Shown in pieces: positions 18,974 to 28,584 of a stretch of 64,000 nt of DNA (its first letter is position 1; each line of letters opens with the position of its first letter). A program made the translations under genes and the position numbers. The DNA is from Patescibacteria group bacterium (lineage in GTDB: Bacteria; Patescibacteriota; Patescibacteriia; GWA2-46-9). The stretch covers positions 71,689-135,688 of the forward strand of contig JBAZXG010000001.1 of NCBI GenBank assembly GCA_041660005.1, written 5' to 3'. Below the pieces are notes generated by a model. That model ran no database searches. It was not told the origin of the DNA and saw only the letters and a program-made list of their open reading frames with translations.

Positions 18974-20394
18974 ACTTCTGGACCGAAAACTGGAAACGGA
19001 TGGCCGGCGGCCTGCTCTTGCTCGCCGTTCTCACTCACTACGTGATGGGCGTCGGCTACTTTGCCTCGCTCATCACCGCAACCTGCATGGCGGGTGCAGT
19101 CTATGCCCGCTCGTGGCTCATCGCTTCCACCTGGAAGCGAACGGGTAACGCCGTCCTCGCTGCGCTCGTCGTGTTCGTCGCTTGGAGGGTAGCCACCAAC
19201 TACCTGCCAGAAACGATGAACACGCTACGCAAAAACGTCTCGGTGACGGACTCCGTCAGCAAGCAGCTGACGAAGGGCGATACTACCGGCGTGTCGATCT
19301 CGGCTGGACGCCGAGAGTTCTGGCAGGAGAGGGCTGAACTAAAGCTCAGGGCAGACATGGACCTCGCGTTCTGGCGCTGGAATCGGTACAACACCGATGA
19401 CGCGGGGAGGCAAAAAGAAGAGGCAGAGGCAATTGCGAGCTACCGCACCCGGATCGACGAGCTAGAGAGGCAGTTCTCAATGACTCCTCCGACGATGTCG
19501 AAGGTCGTCGAAGGAGTTCGCACAGGAGCTTCTGTCGCCGTCGGCTTCGACTGGCGAGGATGGTTGATGAGCTTCACTACCGGTGAAGTCATGTCATACT
19601 GCATCTTCGTCATTCTGGTCCTCGCTGCTCTGCGGCTCGCGTTCGGCCTCTGGACCAGCCCGGGTTCCATCCTGGGCCGGCTCGGCTACTGGCAGCAAGT
19701 GGCTGTTGCGATCCTGATCGTCGCCGTCGCCAGTGGAACGGCGGTCTGGGGCTACAGTGGCCGGTTCTTGAGCGACGCGGTACAGGCCGGAGCTCACAAG
19801 GTCCTAGACGGCGTTGTCGAACTCAAAGGGAAGGCCATACTGGTCAACCCCGAGGGAACGAACGTCGTGCTGGACGGGTCGGAGGAGATGCCAATCCAGG
19901 TTGCCATCTACCACGGACTCCTTCAGCCGGTCAGACTCGAACACCCTGAGACGAGAGTCTACGCCTGCCGACTCGACGACTACGGCGAGGAAGACGGGTG
20001 CGGCTGGGGTCTGCGACGCCTTTTGGAAGGCTCAACCACGACCACAACGATGCCGCCCACAGCGGCACCGCAACCAACTGCTACTGCGGGTGCAACGCCC
20101 GCTACGGCCCCCGTCTATGTAGACGGGAAGGCAACCTACACAGAGTGGGATGGCGTCCTCAGTGCCGGGGAAGAGGTGTGCACGTACGGGCCAACGAACA
20201 CACCGCAAAACAAGCCCCTGCGCATCTTGGACGCGTGGGGAAAGAGCCTGCTCGGTCTGGACGAGCAGGGCGAGGAGAAACTGCAAGTTCCAGGTAGCGG
20301 TCACACCCTTGGCGACTACAGCGGCGTAATCTGCCGCCAAGCCGTCGAAGACGGCACAGCGCTGCGTATCCGGCCCGGATACGCAGGAACATGA
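18970..20394 (+). CDS. Hypothetical membrane protein (474 aa) with a Thr/Pro/Ala linker and a C-terminal domain
   Basis: Several TM segments, TTTTTMPPTAAP linker; hairpin at 20405-20438 downstream. Confidence 0.7.
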   Translation: MNFWTENWKRMAGGLLLLAVLTHYVMGVGYFASLITATCMAGAVYARSWLIASTWKRTGNAVLAALVVFVAWRVATNYLPETMNTLRKNVSVTDSVSKQLTKGDTTGVSISAGRREFWQERAELKLRADMDLAFWRWNRYNTDDAGRQKEEAEAIASYRTRIDELERQFSMTPPTMSKVVEGVRTGASVAVGFDWRGWLMSFTTGEVMSYCIFVILVLAALRLAFGLWTSPGSILGRLGYWQQVAVAILIVAVASGTAVWGYSGRFLSDAVQAGAHKVLDGVVELKGKAILVNPEGTNVVLDGSEEMPIQVAIYHGLLQPVRLEHPETRVYACRLDDYGEEDGCGWGLRRLLEGSTTTTTMPPTAAPQPTATAGATPATAPVYVDGKATYTEWDGVLSAGEEVCTYGPTNTPQNKPLRILDAWGKSLLGLDEQGEEKLQVPGSGHTLGDYSGVICRQAVEDGTALRIRPGYAGT

Positions 20395-20531
20395 AACCCA
20401 AGACGGGACTCGCCCAACAAAGGAGGCGGGCGGGTCCCAAGAACCGAAGAGCGAGAGCAGGACCATGCCCACCACGCATGTCTCCCTGCCTCGCTCTTTT
20501 TCGTTACCTAAAAAACAGCTATGCTTCCCAC

Positions 20532-21284
20532 ATGGAAACAGAAACACTACGTGTCGGCATTCTCTTTAACGGTTTTGTGACTGCTATTGTGAGCGCAACT
20601 GCTTTTGCGCTTCTTCTTTTTTTGGTGCAACGATGGAAGACCCTAACCCCTGGCATGCGCTCCTACGCCTGGTTTTGGGGCTTTACCAGTCTCGTCTGGC
20701 TCGCAGTTACCATTCGCTACATCATGGTTGTTGCCGGCATTAACACGCCGAGCATCCATCGAGTGAATGAATTCATTGTAGAAACTGCCGTGTTTGGTTC
20801 TGGCATTGCTCTCTATATTTACCTTGGACGACAACTTTTCAAAAAACGTCTCGTCACTATTATTCTTGGAGTTACATCAACGACGTTAGCTTGTTTGGCA
20901 CTTTGGCAACTCTTGCAGCCGAATGCTTTTCACCCCGCTGAAATAACTTTTTTCACGGCAGATCCAAAACCGAACTTTTTTTTTCTCGTAATCTTTGGCA
21001 TTTTGGCAACGCTCGGGCTACTCATGCTTTTCTACCACTCGATCAAACGTTTTCGCATATGGCGACGAGGCAATCGAGAGACTGTACCCTACGAAGCACT
21101 TTACTCCGCCAGTCTCATTGTTTACGTTATGCTCGGCATGATTGACCAGGCAAAACTTATTATTGACTGGCCGCTCATTGTCTTTCGCATCTTGTACACA
21201 GCCGTGTTTCTGGCAGCGTACCTCATTATGGCCGCAGAAGAAGCTCGTCGCAAAGACGCCTTTATCATCAGTTCAGAAAATTAA
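20532..21284 (+). CDS. Hypothetical 7-TM membrane protein
   Basis: Seven hydrophobic segments; start placed at METETLRV. Confidence 0.75.
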   Translation: METETLRVGILFNGFVTAIVSATAFALLLFLVQRWKTLTPGMRSYAWFWGFTSLVWLAVTIRYIMVVAGINTPSIHRVNEFIVETAVFGSGIALYIYLGRQLFKKRLVTIILGVTSTTLACLALWQLLQPNAFHPAEITFFTADPKPNFFFLVIFGILATLGLLMLFYHSIKRFRIWRRGNRETVPYEALYSASLIVYVMLGMIDQAKLIIDWPLIVFRILYTAVFLAAYLIMAAEEARRKDAFIISSEN

Positions 21285-21300
21285 AATTTTATGCAAACAC

Positions 21301-21327
21301 AAAATGCCCGCCAGTGGCGGGCATTTT
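21301..21327. terminator. Bidirectional intrinsic terminator
   Basis: AAAATGCCCGCCAGTGGCGGGCATTTT between convergent genes. Confidence 0.8.
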
Positions 21328-21380
21328 GCAGTCAAGCGTTTCAAATATGCGTGTCTACCTTTTTAGGAAAATTTTCATTG

Positions 21381-21614
21381 CTAAACTAAATGTTTAGTAA
21401 TGAATGCCCTACCTGACCCCGACTTGAAATACTTCTCAAGAATGAACGCTGTCTTTTTGTCTCTAACACCGATATAAAAAGAAAGCTCCACCGGTAAACG
21501 ACCTTTAGTTGCAGGGACGAAACCTTTTCGATGTCTAGCTATCCTTTCTTTAAGATCTGCGGTGCAACCAACATAATACCCATCCTTACATTTGAGTGAA
21601 TAGATATAGTACAT
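21381..21614 (-). CDS. Small GIY-YIG nuclease family protein (77 aa)
   Basis: YYIYSL...YYVGCT.DL..R..RH, LEKYFKSGSGRAF. Confidence 0.88.
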   Translation of the reverse strand: MYYIYSLKCKDGYYVGCTADLKERIARHRKGFVPATKGRLPVELSFYIGVRDKKTAFILEKYFKSGSGRAFITKHLV

Positions 21615-21650
21615 ACATGCCCGCTTACTCTCCAAACAATAAATGATAAC

Positions 21651-21930
21651 TGGCTTTGCCAAGCCGAAGCTTGAAGAACGAGGATGGCTTTGCCAAGCCG
21701 AAGCTTGAAGAACGAGGATGGCTTTGCCAAGCCGTAGCTATGGCGAAGGATTGTGGGCTGCATCAAACAAACATCTCAGTCCGACTACGCTAAGGCTTCG
21801 TCGTGACAGCCTTCGCTAAACCTAAGTAACTGGCTTTGCCAAGCCGAAGCTTGAAGAACGAGGATGGCTTTGCCAAGCCGTAGCTTGAAGAACGAGGATG
21901 GCTTTGCCAAGCCGTAGCTATGGCGAAGGC
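21651..21930. repeat. Two triplets of a 34-bp REP-like unit between the GIY-YIG gene and the tRNA-Asp 3' end
   Basis: TGGCTTTGCCAAGCCG(A/T)AGCTTGAAGAACGAGGA twice plus a terminal variant, at 21651-21750 and again at 21831-21930; an inverted related copy lies between them. Confidence 0.9.
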
Positions 21931-22008
21931 TGGCGGACCCGACCGGATTCGAACCGGCGATCTTCTCCGTGACAGGGAGACGTGTTAACCGGGCTACACC
22001 ACGGGTCC
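21931..22008 (-). tRNA. tRNA-Asp(GTC)
   Basis: GGACCCG/CGGGTCC acceptor stem, CT-GTC-AC anticodon loop, GGTTCGAATCC T-arm, encoded CCA. Confidence 0.97.
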
Positions 22009-22030
22009 GTAAAACGCAGCAACACTATCC

Positions 22031-22387
22031 TTATTTCTTCTTCGGAAGAACTTCCTTCATCACTGCAGCAAACACTTTTGGATGTTCGGCTGCTAAGGTT
22101 GAAAGCACTTTGCGATCGAGCTCAATATTCGCTTTTTTCAAAGCGGCGATGAAGCGCGAGTAGGAAATGCCGTACGGGCGAACTGCCGCGTTCAACCTGG
22201 TCTGCCACAGGGCGCGGAATACCCCTTTCTTCTTTTTGCGATCTCGGAAAGCATGCTGCCCCGCCTTGTTAATGGCGGTCTTAGCCAGCTTAATGCGACG
22301 TTTACGGCTCCACTTGTAGCCCTTAACAGCTTTAAGAATGTTCTTGCGATGCTTGACGTGGCTTACTCCTCGTTTAACTCTTGGCAT
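22031..22387 (-). CDS. rplT: 50S ribosomal protein L20
   Basis: [32 protein letters not shown]. Confidence 0.97.
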   Translation of the reverse strand: MPRVKRGVSHVKHRKNILKAVKGYKWSRKRRIKLAKTAINKAGQHAFRDRKKKKGVFRALWQTRLNAAVRPYGISYSRFIAALKKANIELDRKVLSTLAAEHPKVFAAVMKEVLPKKK

Positions 22388-22402
22388 AGTAGTAACTAAA
22401 TA

Positions 22403-22624
22403 TTAGGAATACGGCAGCAGCTGCCGAACATTCTTTTGGATAGTCTTGGAAACGGTGTTGGTGCGACGCTTCTTCTGCGTCATGCTGCTTTCGTCTCGAG
22501 AATTAAAATGAGACTGACCGGCATGCTTGCGTAAAAGCTTGTCGGTTTTTCCCCAGCGACCTTCGGTCTTAGTGCTGCTGAAGCGAACGCGTTTGGCTAA
22601 ACTTTTTCTGGTTTTGAGTTTCAT
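22403..22624 (-). CDS. rpmI: 50S ribosomal protein L35 (with a short insertion)
   Basis: MKLKTRKSLAKR..., HF, C-terminal LLPY; lies between infC and rplT. Confidence 0.9.
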   Translation of the reverse strand: MKLKTRKSLAKRVRFSSTKTEGRWGKTDKLLRKHAGQSHFNSRDESSMTQKKRRTNTVSKTIQKNVRQLLPYS

Positions 22625-22632
22625 AGTATACG

Positions 22633-23223
22633 TTATGCTTTATCTTCCTCAGCCTTCTTTGGTTTCGCTACCTTGCCGGTAGTATAACAAATAAGCGAGA
22701 GACGACCGCCTTGCTTTTGTAATGGTTGCTCAATGGCTATAGTGTAGTGCTTCCGAAGCTCGCGAAGGAATTGCTCAATCACTTCGGCGGCTAAATCTTT
22801 ATGCTGGTGCTCTCGCCCCCGAAGCTGCAACTCAACTTTGAGCTTGTGCCCATCATCAAGAAACTTACTGGCTTGAGAAATCCGGAGATCGCGGTCGTGC
22901 GTACCGATGCGCGTTGAAAGTCGCACCCCCTTGGTTTCCTGTTTCTTCTGCCGCGCCTTTGCCTTTTGCAATTCTTTATCACGCTGATACTTAAATTGAC
23001 TGAAGTCAATGATTTTTGCAACCGGTGGCTTCGCCAGCGGTGAAACTTCTACGAGATCAAGCCCTGCTTGCTCTGCACGTTCAAAAGCTTCTGCTGTTGT
23101 AACTACGCCGATGTTCTCGTCATTTTCTCCAATCAACCGAACTTCAGGTACATTAATCTGCCGATTGACTCGGTAGACCAGAGCAGCTGATTTTACTTCA
23201 CGCGGTCGATAGGTTCTACGCAA
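22633..23223 (-). CDS. infC: Translation initiation factor IF-3
   Basis: VNRQI..PEVRLIG, LDLVEVSP.AKPPVAKIIDF, LRGRE. Probable non-ATG start (TTG at 23223). Confidence 0.95.
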   Translation of the reverse strand: MRRTYRPREVKSAALVYRVNRQINVPEVRLIGENDENIGVVTTAEAFERAEQAGLDLVEVSPLAKPPVAKIIDFSQFKYQRDKELQKAKARQKKQETKGVRLSTRIGTHDRDLRISQASKFLDDGHKLKVELQLRGREHQHKDLAAEVIEQFLRELRKHYTIAIEQPLQKQGGRLSLICYTTGKVAKPKKAEEDKA

Positions 23224-23281
23224 GGGAAAGAAATAAAATAAATAAATTCGTCTGTGCCAACCGTCGCTTATAGAACGAAAG

Positions 23282-23390
23282 TGGCTTGCCAGCCGTAGCT
23301 CACAGAACAAGGATGGCTTGCCAGCCGTAGCTCGAAGAGCGAAGGCTGGTGCTGTGCACCGCGTAGCCCCGAGTATAACGAGGGGCGAAG
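23282..23390. repeat. REP-like units abutting the tmRNA 3' end
   Basis: TGGCTTGCCAGCCGTAGCTC twice, ending GCGAAGGC; same family as 21651-21930. Confidence 0.8.
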
Positions 23391-23777
23391 TGGTGGAGAT
23401 GAGGGGAATCGAACCCCTGTGTGAAAAGTGGAACCCGAGAAAGACTACAGGTATAGTCGCCGTTCAATTCTATGCTCGTCGAAGTCCGACGACGACGCGA
23501 CGAGTTGATTTCCGGTAATACTCAGTGGCAGTGTCGGAAAGCCACCACCTTGAGCGCCGAATAATATGGCACCCCGGACGCTCTCATTCGGCGAGAGAGC
23601 AGGGATGGTTCTCGGTTTTATTAGGCGAGAACGGGTACAAAGCTCAGCGACGCAAAAGCGTTCTGAACCTTGCGAGCCAATGAAGTGGCATGTATCTGTT
23701 TGAGAGAGATTTAGGAGCTATCTCACGCTCCACCTGCTTTTTCGGAAGGAACTTTCCGTCGAATCCAAAGCATCCCC
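23391..23777 (-). ncRNA. ssrA: tmRNA
   Basis: 5' GGGGATGC..GGATTCGAC, 3' GGGGTTCGATTCCCCTCATCTCCACCA; tag ORF at 23689-23621 reads ATSLARKVQNAFASLSFVPVLA*; lies just downstream of smpB. Confidence 0.95.
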
Positions 23778-23783
23778 AGATGC

Positions 23784-24275
23784 TTAACGCACGCGGCGCA
23801 TCATGCGCTCACGTACACTTCGGTCGAGATCGCGTTTCTTTATTACTTCGCGTTTATCAACCGCAGATTTACCCCGAGCAAGCCCAAGAGTGAGTTTGAC
23901 GAGGTGGTTGCGAGTATACACGGATAAAGGCACCAGTGTCAAGCCTTTTGTTTCTAAAAGACCCAAAAGTTTGCCTATTTCACCACGATGCAAAAGCAGT
24001 CGCCGTGTGCGCCGCGGATTGTAGTCCGGCAACGGCCCAGCCTTCATGTACGGCGGAATATAAGCATTGATAAGCTCGGCCAGAACCTGACGATGACCAC
24101 CCGACGATGCGCCAGAACGTACCCGAACATAAGCACCTTTCAAGTCCCCTTGTCCGGCCTTCAATGATTTTACCTCAGGACCGGTAAGTTCAATACCGGC
24201 CTCCCATGTTTCCAAAATGGTAAAACGATAACGCGCCTGACGGTTATCTATTCTTTTTTGCTGTGCAACAGGCAG
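23784..24275 (-). CDS. smpB: SsrA-binding protein
   Basis: NRQARYRF..LETWEAGIELTGPEVKSL, RTRRLLLHR.EI, DKRE. Start uncertain (CTG at 24275 proposed). Confidence 0.95.
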   Translation of the reverse strand: MPVAQQKRIDNRQARYRFTILETWEAGIELTGPEVKSLKAGQGDLKGAYVRVRSGASSGGHRQVLAELINAYIPPYMKAGPLPDYNPRRTRRLLLHRGEIGKLLGLLETKGLTLVPLSVYTRNHLVKLTLGLARGKSAVDKREVIKKRDLDRSVRERMMRRVR

Positions 24276-24339
24276 ATAATCTTTTTGAGGTTTATAATCA
24301 TTTCCAGTATACTAAGCCCACGTATAAACTGCTAACACT

Positions 24340-25386
24340 ATGGCTAGTCCAAACACCACCAGCCAAACTATAACCATTTCAACCGCCACCATCTTTAAGG
24401 TCGGGGCAGCCATACTTATCGTATGGCTTGTCTACGTAACGGCGGACATTCTTCTTCTCGTTTTGGCTTCTGTTTTTTTAGCGGCAGCCGTGCGACCGTG
24501 GGTTGATGCGTTGCAAAAATATCACCTCCCGCGATCAGTAAGCATGCTTGGTATTTATGCTATCCTCTTTGCGGTTCTGAGCTCCGCGATTGTACTCATT
24601 GTGCCACCAGTGATAGAAGAAGCAAAAACACTCACCGAAGCTTTTCCTGATCTCTACGGACGGTTTATTGTCTGGCTCGGCAATGTTGCGCCAGGAGTAA
24701 ACACCTTTGCGCCCGAACAGGCGTTTCCGCAAATTTCTAGCGCACTCACGTCTGCAACGCAAGGCGTACTCACCACGCTCGTTACTATTTTTGGCGGCAT
24801 TTTTTCTTTTTTCATGGTGCTCGTCATGACGCTTTATCTGGTTGTCGACGAAAAAGCAATCGATCGCACGGTAGCGATTTTTCCAAGCGCCTACCAGCAG
24901 TACCTTGCCAGTTTATACTTACGCTTGCAGGATAAAATTGGCCGATGGCTCCGCGCACAGCTCATCATTATGGCGCTCGTTGGTTTATTGGTCTATGCGG
25001 TCTTGACCATCTTCCAAATGCACTATGCACTACTGCTGGCACTCTTTGCCGGCATCGCAGAATTTATTCCCTACCTGGGCCCGATTATCGGAGCAGTACC
25101 GGCCGTTCTTTTGGCCTCAGCGATTTCACCAACCCTTGCTATTGTCATTGCTATCGCCTACTACGGCATTCAACTCTTTGAAAACAACGTGCTCACGCCA
25201 AAAATAATGGAACGAGCGGTCGGTCTCTCCCCTATCCTCTCCATCACTGTTTTCTTTGTCGGCGCAAAAATCGGCGGCATCACCGGAGCGTTCCTAGCAA
25301 TCCCTGTCGCAACAGCCGTAAGCGTTGTCATGAAAGAAGTGCTCAACAAAGAAACACGCAAATCTATGCGCTCCACGACTGTCTAA
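24340..25386 (+). CDS. AI-2E (UPF0118/PerM) family transporter
   Basis: WLRAQ, EFIPYLGP, ENNVLTPKIM, G.FLAIP. Confidence 0.9.
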   Translation: MASPNTTSQTITISTATIFKVGAAILIVWLVYVTADILLLVLASVFLAAAVRPWVDALQKYHLPRSVSMLGIYAILFAVLSSAIVLIVPPVIEEAKTLTEAFPDLYGRFIVWLGNVAPGVNTFAPEQAFPQISSALTSATQGVLTTLVTIFGGIFSFFMVLVMTLYLVVDEKAIDRTVAIFPSAYQQYLASLYLRLQDKIGRWLRAQLIIMALVGLLVYAVLTIFQMHYALLLALFAGIAEFIPYLGPIIGAVPAVLLASAISPTLAIVIAIAYYGIQLFENNVLTPKIMERAVGLSPILSITVFFVGAKIGGITGAFLAIPVATAVSVVMKEVLNKETRKSMRSTTV

Positions 25387-25396
25387 TATTCACTTT

Positions 25397-26776
25397 ATGA
25401 CTAACAGCATTGAAGAACTTATTAGTTTAACAAAACAGCGCGGTTTTATATTTCCGGGTTCAGAACTCTACGGCGGACTAGCAAACGCCTGGGACTACGG
25501 CCCGCTCGGTGTTGAACTTAAAAATAACATCAAACAGGAATGGTGGCGGCGATTTGTGCAAAGTCGCCAAGATATCGTTGGCATTGATGCGGCGATTCTC
25601 ATGAACCCAAAGGTATGGGAAGCGAGCGGGCACCTGGCACACTTCACCGATCCGCTTGTTGAAGACAAGCTCACGCACGAACGCTACCGCCTTGACCACT
25701 TACTCGAAGAAAACGGCATTGACGTAACCGGCATGAGTTTTCAAGAAATGCGTGCTGCTGCCGAAAGCCGTAAACTTAAAAGTCCCAAAGGAAACGAACT
25801 AGCCGAAGCAAAGATATTTAACCTCATGCTAAAAACGTTTTTGGGACCAGCAGAAGAACAGGCAAACACCGTGTATCTCCGCCCAGAGACGGCGCAAGCA
25901 ATGTTCGTCAACTTCAAGCAAGTGCTCACCACCACGCGCCGCCGCATTCCGTTTGGTATCGCGCAAATCGGCAAAGCATTCCGCAATGAAATTACGCCGG
26001 GCAACTTCATTTTCCGCACCCGCGAATTCGAGCAAATGGAAATTGAATACTTCGTTCGCGAAGAAGAATGGAATGCACACTTTGAAACGTGGCTCGCCGA
26101 CATGCAGCAATGGCTTACCGACCTCGGCATTGCAGTCAAGCACGTTCACGTTCGCGAACACGCGGCCGAAGAACGGGCGCACTATTCAAAACGCACCGCT
26201 GACCTCGAATACGATTTTCCATTCGGCAGAAAAGAACTCTATGGTCTTTCCTATCGCGGCGACTATGACCTAAAAGCGCACATGCAGGCGAGCGGCGAAG
26301 ACTTAAGCTACACCAACCCCGAAGACACGAGCGACAAATTTGTGCCGCACGTTATTGAACCAACCTGGGGCGTTGACCGCACAGTACTGGCAGTTCTTTC
26401 GTCTGCCTACACCGAAGAAGAGGCGCCAACAGCAGACGGAAAAACAGAAAAACGCGTCGTCATGAAATTTCCTTTTTGGCTTTCCCCTGTTAAAGTCGCC
26501 ATTCTTCCGCTTTCAAAGAAAGAAGCGCTGCAAACAATTGCCAAAGACGTGCTGCAAAAGCTTGGCTCCCGTTTTGTTTGCGACTATGATGAAACGCAAT
26601 CAATTGGCCGCCGCTATCGCCGGCAAGATGAAATCGGCACACCTTTTTGTGTTACGGTCGACTTTGAAAGTATCGAAGACAAATGCGTTACCGTTCGTCA
26701 CCGCGACAGTATGCAACAGGAACGCATCGCCATTAGCGAACTTACCGCTTACCTTACCAAACAACTAGCGAACTAA
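25397..26776 (+). CDS. glyQS: Glycine-tRNA ligase (alpha2, eukaryote-like type)
   Basis: YGGLANAWDYGPLG, LRPETAQ, GKAFRNEITP, FRTREFEQME, SIGRRYRRQDEIGTP. Confidence 0.97.
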   Translation: MTNSIEELISLTKQRGFIFPGSELYGGLANAWDYGPLGVELKNNIKQEWWRRFVQSRQDIVGIDAAILMNPKVWEASGHLAHFTDPLVEDKLTHERYRLDHLLEENGIDVTGMSFQEMRAAAESRKLKSPKGNELAEAKIFNLMLKTFLGPAEEQANTVYLRPETAQAMFVNFKQVLTTTRRRIPFGIAQIGKAFRNEITPGNFIFRTREFEQMEIEYFVREEEWNAHFETWLADMQQWLTDLGIAVKHVHVREHAAEERAHYSKRTADLEYDFPFGRKELYGLSYRGDYDLKAHMQASGEDLSYTNPEDTSDKFVPHVIEPTWGVDRTVLAVLSSAYTEEEAPTADGKTEKRVVMKFPFWLSPVKVAILPLSKKEALQTIAKDVLQKLGSRFVCDYDETQSIGRRYRRQDEIGTPFCVTVDFESIEDKCVTVRHRDSMQQERIAISELTAYLTKQLAN

Positions 26777-26778
26777 TT

Positions 26779-28047
26779 ATGTACCAAGCGCAAAAACTGA
26801 AAAATGGCGTCAACATGTATGTCGTTCCTTTGCCCAGTACCGAAACCGTGACCGTACTTGTGCTCGTTCGCGCTGGATCAAAGTATGAAACAAAACGAAC
26901 TAATGGGCTCTCACACTTTTTGGAGCACATGTTTTTTAAAGGAACAAAAAAACGACCCACACCTCGGGCAGTTGCTGAAGTGCTTGATAATGTCGGCGGC
27001 GAATACAACGCCTTTACCGACAAGGAACGCACGGGCTACTACGCCAAGGTAGACGCTCGGCATCTTGCCACTGCTGTCGATTGGGTGGCGGATATGCTCC
27101 TCCACTCAACATTTGATGCAGCGGAAATTGAAAGAGAAAAAGGTGTCATTCATCAAGAACTGGCCATGTACTATGACACACCAACCTCCTACATTGACGA
27201 CGTATTCGAAGCACTCCTCTATGGCGACCAGCCCGCTGGTTGGGACATTGGCGGCACCCGGGCAACCGTCGCTGGTGTGACGCGCCGCGATCTTATGAAC
27301 TACCTAAACCGGCGCTACGTTGGCAGCGCGACCACAATTGTGGTCGCTGGTAACGTAGCAAGTGCCAAAGCAAAAAGAATCATTGAACGTGCATTCAACG
27401 AACTTAAGCGCGGCCAAGCGCCAGATAAGCCGCGAGTACGCGAGCGTCAAACAAGACCCGGGATCAAACTACACGTTAAAGCAACCGATCAATCACACCT
27501 CATGCTCGGTGTGCGTGCAGTTACGACCTATGACAAACGGCGTTACGCGGCTGCGCTCCTCGCCACCATTCTTGGTGGAAACATGAGCTCTCGCCTCTTT
27601 ACGTCTCTGCGCGAAGAGCAGGGTCTTGCCTATTACGTTTCTACAAGTCCGCAGCACTATACCGATACCGGATACCTGGTAACAAACGCCGGCGTACCAA
27701 ATAATAAACTAGCTGAGGCGGTAACGACCATTATGAAAGAGTACGAACTGACGAAGCGCGAACCCGTCGGCGCGCAGGAACTGCTTAAGGCAAAGGAGTA
27801 CATCAAAGGAAAATCATTGATTGGTCTTGAGTCGTCTAGTGCGGTCGCCTCTTTCGTTGGAAACCAGGCACTCCTCTACAAAAAAGCTGAATCCATTGAT
27901 GTCTTCCTGAAAAAGATTGACCGCGTAACAGCTCGCGAGGTGCAGGCACTGGCGCAAGAAATTTTTAGAAACGATCGGCTGAACCTTGCTCTCATCGCTC
28001 CCAAAGGGCAAGACGCAATTGCTCGACCTCAGCTTCGTTTTCGCTAA
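26779..28047 (+). CDS. M16 family zinc peptidase
   Basis: HFLEHMFFKGT, NAFT, EKGVI.QE, SSRLF..LRE..GLAY. Confidence 0.93.
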   Translation: MYQAQKLKNGVNMYVVPLPSTETVTVLVLVRAGSKYETKRTNGLSHFLEHMFFKGTKKRPTPRAVAEVLDNVGGEYNAFTDKERTGYYAKVDARHLATAVDWVADMLLHSTFDAAEIEREKGVIHQELAMYYDTPTSYIDDVFEALLYGDQPAGWDIGGTRATVAGVTRRDLMNYLNRRYVGSATTIVVAGNVASAKAKRIIERAFNELKRGQAPDKPRVRERQTRPGIKLHVKATDQSHLMLGVRAVTTYDKRRYAAALLATILGGNMSSRLFTSLREEQGLAYYVSTSPQHYTDTGYLVTNAGVPNNKLAEAVTTIMKEYELTKREPVGAQELLKAKEYIKGKSLIGLESSSAVASFVGNQALLYKKAESIDVFLKKIDRVTAREVQALAQEIFRNDRLNLALIAPKGQDAIARPQLRFR

Positions 28048-28502
28048 AGCCGCGCAGCCAGCCACACGCTGGCAAATACCGCAATCTGAATAACGTAGCC
28101 CGAAGAAATTGAAAATTCCTGACCAAACAAACGGTGCACACTATTGTGCAAATTGGTGAAGCTCGGCCACAGTTTATTACGTGATACTACCGTTACGCCG
28201 CTCAGTATATCGGGCAGTACTGCACCGAGGGCACCAGCATAGGCAGCTACGGGATTACGAATGAAGCCATTCATCCAAAACAACGTAAGGACAGCAAACG
28301 CAGTTGTTAGATCGATCAACAAAAGTACTGCCAGCCATCCATTATGTTTTCCGTCAGAAAAAAATTTCCCGATGGCTTCATCACCATGCGGTACGGCGTC
28401 AAGAAAAAAATGCGACAAGAAGCCACTCGTAAACCCAAGTGATTCGTCGCCAACGGTATCAGCAAGAACAGCACCTACTGAGGCATGAACAGTAAAAAAC
28501 AT
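28044..28502 (-). CDS. Hypothetical membrane protein, possible metal-binding hydrolase
   Basis: H..VGA, SHFFLDAVPH, LPD and H...H motifs. Confidence 0.7.
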   Translation of the reverse strand: MFFTVHASVGAVLADTVGDESLGFTSGFLSHFFLDAVPHGDEAIGKFFSDGKHNGWLAVLLLIDLTTAFAVLTLFWMNGFIRNPVAAYAGALGAVLPDILSGVTVVSRNKLWPSFTNLHNSVHRLFGQEFSISSGYVIQIAVFASVWLAARL

Positions 28503-28537
28503 AGTACGATTACTATACCATTACTAATTTTAATAAC

Positions 28538-28568
28538 AAAAAACCCCGGCGATATGCCGGGGTTTTTT
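28538..28568 (-). terminator. Intrinsic terminator of the RRM gene
   Basis: A6-CCCCGGC-GATAT-GCCGGGG-T6. Confidence 0.85.
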
Positions 28569-28584
28569 GGTCAGTAGAAAAAAT

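Noticed and set aside
21651-21930. 34-bp repeats as a CRISPR array
   Set aside because: The units are contiguous with no unique spacers, and there are no cas genes in the window
23224-23310. N-terminal extension of IF-3 from 23310
   Set aside because: It begins inside REP units and crosses a low-complexity AT tract; TTG 23223 fits better
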